64,000 nt of DNA from Chrysomallon squamiferum (Eukaryota; Animalia; Mollusca). The position numbers and the translations under genes are program-made. Shown here piece by piece: positions 58,713 to 64,000 of the stretch. Location: NCBI GenBank assembly GCA_012295275.1, contig CM022673.1, positions 19,592,001 through 19,656,000 on the forward strand, written 5' to 3'. Under the pieces are notes generated by a model. It made no database searches. It saw nothing but the letters and a program-made list of their open reading frames with translations, and had not been told where the DNA came from. Every line of letters begins with the position of its first letter. Position 1 is the stretch's first letter.

Positions 58713-61162
58713 ACTTTCTTTTAGGATTGATTGTAACAGTGTGCAAAGGTATTATACCTGATGAGGTGAGTATTTATTTTGACAGACTTATATTGTTGTC
58801 CATTAGTCACTGAGAGACAAAATAAACCCCCCCAAAATCATTTTTAAAACCTATTTGTTACAATCAAATTATAAACTTACTGAGAAATACCCTAAAAATA
58901 CATGTAATAAAAACTGTCATTTGAAAAAATCTGTTTATTCGAGAAAAGCTATAAATGTATTGATATAATATATTTGCAAAATATTTTCACCCATATATAT
59001 GAGACATGGGTCTGTAAGCTAAAAATTAAAACTTTGTTAAATATGTATCTTACAGAATGTTATTTACTGCCCAGAGAGAACAATGAAGAGTATTTTAAGT
59101 CACATCCACTACATGCCAGACTCATGGAATGGACATGCTCACACCACACAGGTCCGAGATGAGTTTGCCCTCCTCTTTCAGTACAAAGCTGTGAGTAATA
59201 ATTACATATTCAAAGTAATAATAAAGACATTTTTTTTTTATGAGCAAAAAATTATTTCAGCCAGTTCTCCACAACAGATAAGCAAAGATTTGATCTGAGC
59301 TTTTGCTGTTTAGAGAGATACTTTGAAGATTTGTAAACTGGACAACATATAACTTAAAACTTTTTTTTGTATAATAAGTAGGACATATGTTGAATTTATA
59401 AATCTAGATTTAAGCAGCAGATTTTATCATTCCTTTAAATTGATTAATACCTGCAGTCTATTCAGATAAATCAAAAACATTAACTAAATTTGATTCTGTA
59501 AATAAATTTCTTACCTTGTTTTATTTTTCTGAATTTTAAGGCATTTTCTGTTAATGAATTAATTTATCCATAATGTGTATATATTGTATTTATTTTTATT
59601 AACAGGTGTATCTTTTGGAAGAACTAATAAGTCCAATCATAACACCATTTGTCTTGTGCTTTAGTCTAAGAGCTAAATCACTGGAGATTGTGGACTTTCT
59701 GCGTAACTTTAGTGTGGAGGTTGTTGGTGTTGGTGATGTTTGCTCATTTGCACAAATGGACATACGGAAACATGGAAATGCACAGGTTTGTTCAGATAAG
59801 TGTTTTAATTATCATATTGAATGATTTTACCAAAATATATATATATATTTTTTAAATCTGTTTTTAAATAATTATGTGTTTTTATTTTAGTGGGCGACTA
59901 ATACAGAATCTAATAAAGCTCAACAGGCTGAAGATGGGAAGACTGAATTATCACTAATGCACTTCCATGTAAGTTCTAACATTGAAACAGATAAACTAAA
60001 GCTTAAATTAGAATCTGTTTTCATTAAGATTTCTGTCTGTCTCTTATACACATATCAACACAATGTCAATACATACAACAAACACTCACAGTTAAACTCA
60101 CTCTTACTTTCAAATACATGCTCATAAGCATATTTTTCAATATGGATATTATTCGTATTTTTTGCAGCTAACAAATCCTGAATGGAGGCCACCTGAAATG
60201 TGCAGTATTTTTATCCAGACAATAAAAGAACAAGGTACATTGTGTTGTCATCCATTTTCTTACCTAATGTTACAAAATCACAGATTTGGTAATTGCTGTT
60301 ACAACATGATTTTTAAAGAGAAATTTTAGGAGGAGTATTAATTTATTTTAATAAATGTAAAATGTTCACTTATTTACATCTAATTTAAATTTTTATTTCA
60401 GCCCAAACAGAGCTGTTGTCTTTGAACACTATGCAGCATGAAAATCCTACCATTTCCTCATTTTATAGTCCAGTACCTAGTTTAGGGGTTGGAGTGGGAT
60501 ATGGGGTAAGTATAATTAAAGTTGTAATTTAGTTAAATATGTAAAAGAATAATAATAATCTAAATAAAGAGAGAAGGAAACCAAACTCTGGTACTGCATT
60601 TACCAAATGAGTTACAAGAAACGTTAATTAGCTAAATATTTTATACAATAAAACTTTTACAAAACCTGTAGATCTAATTTCAACAAAATATGTCAACTGT
60701 TATCCTTATTTTTATTTTCAGTATAGTAGCATGGTATCCAGTTTTGCCAACCAGAGTCTGGCTACTATTTCACAACCTGGGACAGTGGGTGTAATCCCAC
60801 CTCTTCGAGGTGCTGTTGCCAATATTTCTGGTCCCATTATTACCTCTAGTGGTGCTGTGGTGGGGAGCATGCATGGCTCATTAGATATGTCCACCAGTCA
60901 GGTGGATCACTGTTCAAGACGTTTTGATGAAGGAACGCTTGAATTGATGACTGCAGATATGAGCATCAGTGCCCTGTACATGCATGAAAAGCGACATCGA
61001 CGCTGTTTTGAAGACGAACATGTGCACTCTGCAAACTCTCGACTAGACAGCACTTCTCATACCCCATCAATGCCAGAGATTGTGGAGAAATCCCAAGAAG
61101 AAGACTGTTCTGAACGAGAATTGGATACTAGTGATCTCAGAGATAAAACTAAAACTGTTTGA
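43161..61162 (+). CDS. ATG9: Autophagy-related protein 9 (lipid scramblase), 761 aa, 20 coding exons
   Basis: Exons, all GT-AG and phase-consistent, total 2286 nt: 43161-43284, 46723-46831, 47232-47375, 47775-47910, 48272-48374, 49474-49573, 51623-51672, 52024-52108, 52404-52503, 52673-52713, 52951-53013, 54342-54416, 54815-54924, 58725-58765, 59056-59190, 59606-59785, 59891-59968, 60168-60234, 60402-60505, 60722-61162. ATG9 motifs: N-terminal YQAL, RWNHIENLDEFFNRIY, ELDIYHRILRFKNYMIAMVNK, LGARRWSNY, LRHFNELDHEF, HIHYMP, VEVVGVGDVCSFAQMD, AEDGKTELSLMHF, MSISALYMHE. Confidence 0.96.
43326..46453. mobile_element. Palindromic (foldback) non-autonomous element, interrupted by the hAT insertion
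   Basis: 43326-43430 is an inverted copy of 46340-46453, and 43490-43645 is an inverted copy of 43975-44160. Removing the hAT at 44162-46282 restores an element of about 1 kb with TAG...CTA ends. Confidence 0.75.
44162..46282 (-). mobile_element. Decayed hAT (Charlie/Buster/SPIN-type, GTF2IRD2-like) DNA transposon in an ATG9 intron
   Basis: TIRs cagtggcaggcaaact (44162-44177) and agtttgcccacctctg (46267-46282) match at 13/16. Imperfect 8-bp TSD atctaaaa/atataaag. Broken minus-strand transposase fragments: RKVDMESRTFNSEWMEKYFF..CLIC, SLSSRTI, FSLALDESTNMKDTAQLVIFIR, SVTTNGS, CIIHQEFLCAK. Confidence 0.9.
50740..51200 (+). mobile_element. Tc1-type transposase remnant in an ATG9 intron
   Basis: Degenerate catalytic-region motifs GITVMGRIALHIVNGGLT..YFDNIL..FQDDNTRH and, after a frameshift, LPWLAFSPDLSPVQHFWYMLG (compare FQQDNARPH and LPWPAxSPDLSPIEHxW). 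Contains a 19-bp tandem duplication at 50894-50931. Element ends not resolved. Confidence 0.8.
55690..56055 (-). mobile_element. MULE/Mutator-like transposase C-terminal remnant
   Basis: ORF 55818-56051 contains STWV..ARF....NH...GPRTNNNLQGFHSRMNR....HHPNIYRLVELIK, matching the TW...WN...RTNN..EG.H...N...HPN pattern of animal MULE transposases. Confidence 0.72.
57608..58269 (-). mobile_element. Internally deleted hAT/Charlie element in an ATG9 intron
   Basis: TIRs cagtggttctcaaa / tttgagaaccactt. Perfect 8-bp TSD ctctaatg at 57600-57607 and 58270-58277. The minus strand encodes a hAT C-terminal dimerisation-like segment AILLQFSTSHLCELGFSTLINIKCKK. Confidence 0.9.
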
Positions 61163-63879
61163 TAAAATTAAGATAACTTAACAAAACTAAACATTAAAAA
61201 TCTCTGGTATAAAATTAAGACAGTTTTATAATATATCAGTAATGTGTCAGATAAAATTGATCACTGGGCACCAGTATGGTTGTTTAATAAACTTTTAAAA
61301 TCCTATCCTAATATTATCAACAGACCTTTGAAATTGTGTGAGGTACAAGTATAAATCACAATTTCTGAGACAAAAATGTTGGCTAGATTAAAAATAAAGA
61401 AATGTACATTGGAAGGATAAATCTGTAAAATGAATAAAATAAAGATAAGTATATAAAACTATTTTTTTTGCTTCAAGTACAATCAGTGACATAAAATTAC
61501 AGAAATAACCTTATTATAAAAAACCACAAGAGAAAGTAGTTATGTTTGTCGCTTAATGATTGAAATATTTTTCATTGTGTGTCTTATTATTTTTAAAAAT
61601 TAAGTTGTATACTTAGTAATTTAGAAATAAGTACAACTTCAGCACCTTTGCTGTTGTCAACTCAGGTATGTTTGTGGGTTAAAGAAAAAAGCAGTTAAAT
61701 ATTATAACACAGCAATTTGTGTGTGTGTCTGTTGTGGTGTGTACATTTTAATTAAATTTATTTACAAAGGCCAGTCAATAGTCACATACTTAAAGGCATA
61801 TCAAAACCAATATTAATTCTAATGTGAATTTAACTGAAGGGATTCGTGAATGTTTATGTACCTAATTATATTAATTTTATTTACAAAGTTTATAAAAGAA
61901 ATTTCATACTGTTAAAGTAGCTTAACTCATGAATTCTGAGGGTGTAGTTTTTAAAAAGTTTCTTTTTTGGGGGTTTCTTTGTTGTCTTTTTTGTGTTTTT
62001 TTGTGTGTTTTTTTATTTATAATTTGCACATGTTTAAATCAACAAATATTGGAATCAGCTATTTGTAGTTGTTGTTTTTTAGAATGCTAGACCTCATTAA
62101 TTCAGTAATATTTTAATAGTTTTTAAAACAGCAGTGTACTAGAGAATTATGCATGAAACTACTCTGGTTTTACTATTGTTAAAATCATTGTACCTGTGTA
62201 AGTTTATTATAAATATTGTGATATGTGTTTTGATAACAGTTTGTTAACAGTTAAATTTCCAGGAATGTCTTTTGAGATACTGAAAAATGTTGGTGTAAAA
62301 ATAACAAAGCTGGATTGAAGAATAGTGAAACAGAAGGGAAATTAGTTATAGCATTTATAATTCCTGGTATTTTTATTTGATTCTATAGAAAGTAAAGGCT
62401 AAAGATATAATTTTCTTTGTCTACTTAAGATACATAATAAATTTAGTTTTAATTCCACTTTACTGTATTTCACAGATGAAAGTTAAGTGCCTTTTTGCAG
62501 AACATATATTTTGTTAAGTAGTTGCTTCAAAACCATGAAATTATGTTTTTGCCTTTATTTCGTTGTTATTTTATTTACTTTTCTTATTTTTCAGTTTTTA
62601 TGACAGAACACTTGAAAGTCTCAGTCAGTTGAATTTGAGTCTTACTCTATTACAGGACACCAGCTATTAATAAATGAAATATAGCTAATAGTTATTTCAT
62701 TTCAAAATAATATATATTCATGTGTGTGTGTCTTTAATTTATCCTGTTACACTTATTATTTTTTATTTCTGAAAATATTATGATGTTTTCTAATTAATTT
62801 ACTAATAAAAACATTGATCTAATAAAAGGTTTATTTTCTTTTTTCCACCAAATTATTTATTAGATTGTTTATTCTTTTATCTCAATTAAGTATATCAGTC
62901 ATTTCCATGTATATAATAAATATATAAGTTCCTCTACAGTGTAGCATATACAAAATTAATTTTCAAAATACATTAGAAGAAAAACATGTAAGGCAAGATA
63001 CACATGAAATTTACTATATATATATTTATAAGTACATTAACAAAGGAATACACTTGATTTCATCCTCATTTGACAAGAAACATAGAGGTCTTAGAAATAT
63101 ACAATGACAAAAACTACAAAATTACTTGAATAGCTTTCTTGTTCAGTTATATTTCAATAATGATTCACTTGGGAAAATTTTTTAATTAAAACATTGTAAG
63201 TATGTAATTATTTACTGTAATTATATAAATGATTTCTTTATGTGTTGTATTGTGAATCTGATGGAGTTGTTTTTGTTGAAACCTTTTCAATGTATTCCCC
63301 CTCTCTCTCTCTATAAATACACACACACACACACATACACATAAATGATGTGCAGTTGATATAGTTTCAACTAACAGACGGCCAAAACATTTTTCATTTT
63401 TCTTCTTTTTTTTTTCTTCTTTTAAGAACATAATACAAAAAAACAAAACAGATTCAAAGTATCATATAATTATACTGTTACCACTGAAATTCTCCCAGGA
63501 CTGGCTTCTGCCTATTACAAACAATGATTGCAAAACTCAAGAAGGGATGAATACTTTATTGGCAAATCGTGATTTTATTTTATGAACAGTAATGACATTT
63601 CCATCATACTATTTTAACATTGCTTGTTCAGTAAAATATAAGCAAAAACTACATATAGATTTTTACTGAATAAACTGGATTGAAATATTCATTCATTTAC
63701 CGTTATTTTCCACTTGTGAGTTGCAGAAACTGTTGGCCTAAGATGTTGATAGTACATTTGTTTGTCTTAAGTGAATTTGCAATGTACGTTGTCCAGTGTA
63801 GCATGTTTTACACAGTGTGTGATGAAAGTAGTGTCCTTTTGTTATTTATTCATTTTTCCTGAATGATATATACATATAC

Positions 63880-63916
<37 letters not shown>

Positions 63917-64000
63917 AGTTGATCACGTCCGTTACAGTACTAGAATTATTTTGTACATTTGTGTTGAAATTAATGTAAAGAAAAATTAAGTGTGTAAATA

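Noticed and set aside
62850-64000. 3' end of a further convergent gene
   Set aside because: Only AT-rich sequence with poly(A)-like hexamers on both strands; no coding exon is recognisable within the window.

Overview
AT-rich, microsatellite-rich animal genomic DNA; an invertebrate, plausibly a mollusc or other lophotrochozoan (inference from the gene families and a mosaic CpG pattern). I reconstructed three intact multi-exon genes by hand from GT-AG sites and phase continuity. (1) A 13-coding-exon class B1 (secretin-family, PTH-receptor-like) GPCR on + (18130-25890, 500 aa). (2) CNOT9/RCD1 on - (40773-32003, 9 exons, 312 aa). (3) ATG9 on + (43161-61162, 20 coding exons, 761 aa), head-to-head with CNOT9. 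Decayed mobile elements include two hAT/Charlie-type elements, a Sola2-like element, Tc1, MULE and Gypsy protease remnants and a Tigger-like MITE. There are also at least three copies of an unnamed palindromic (foldback) element, one of which forms a long hairpin just after the GPCR stop codon. Most ORFs in the supplied track are spurious. I see no clear-cut new multi-gene system. The best leads are regulatory: a uORF-packed ATG9 leader at a shared CNOT9/ATG9 promoter, the 3'UTR hairpin, complementary microsatellites bracketing a frame-preserving receptor exon, and a motif-dense CpG element at the CpG-rich/CpG-poor boundary.
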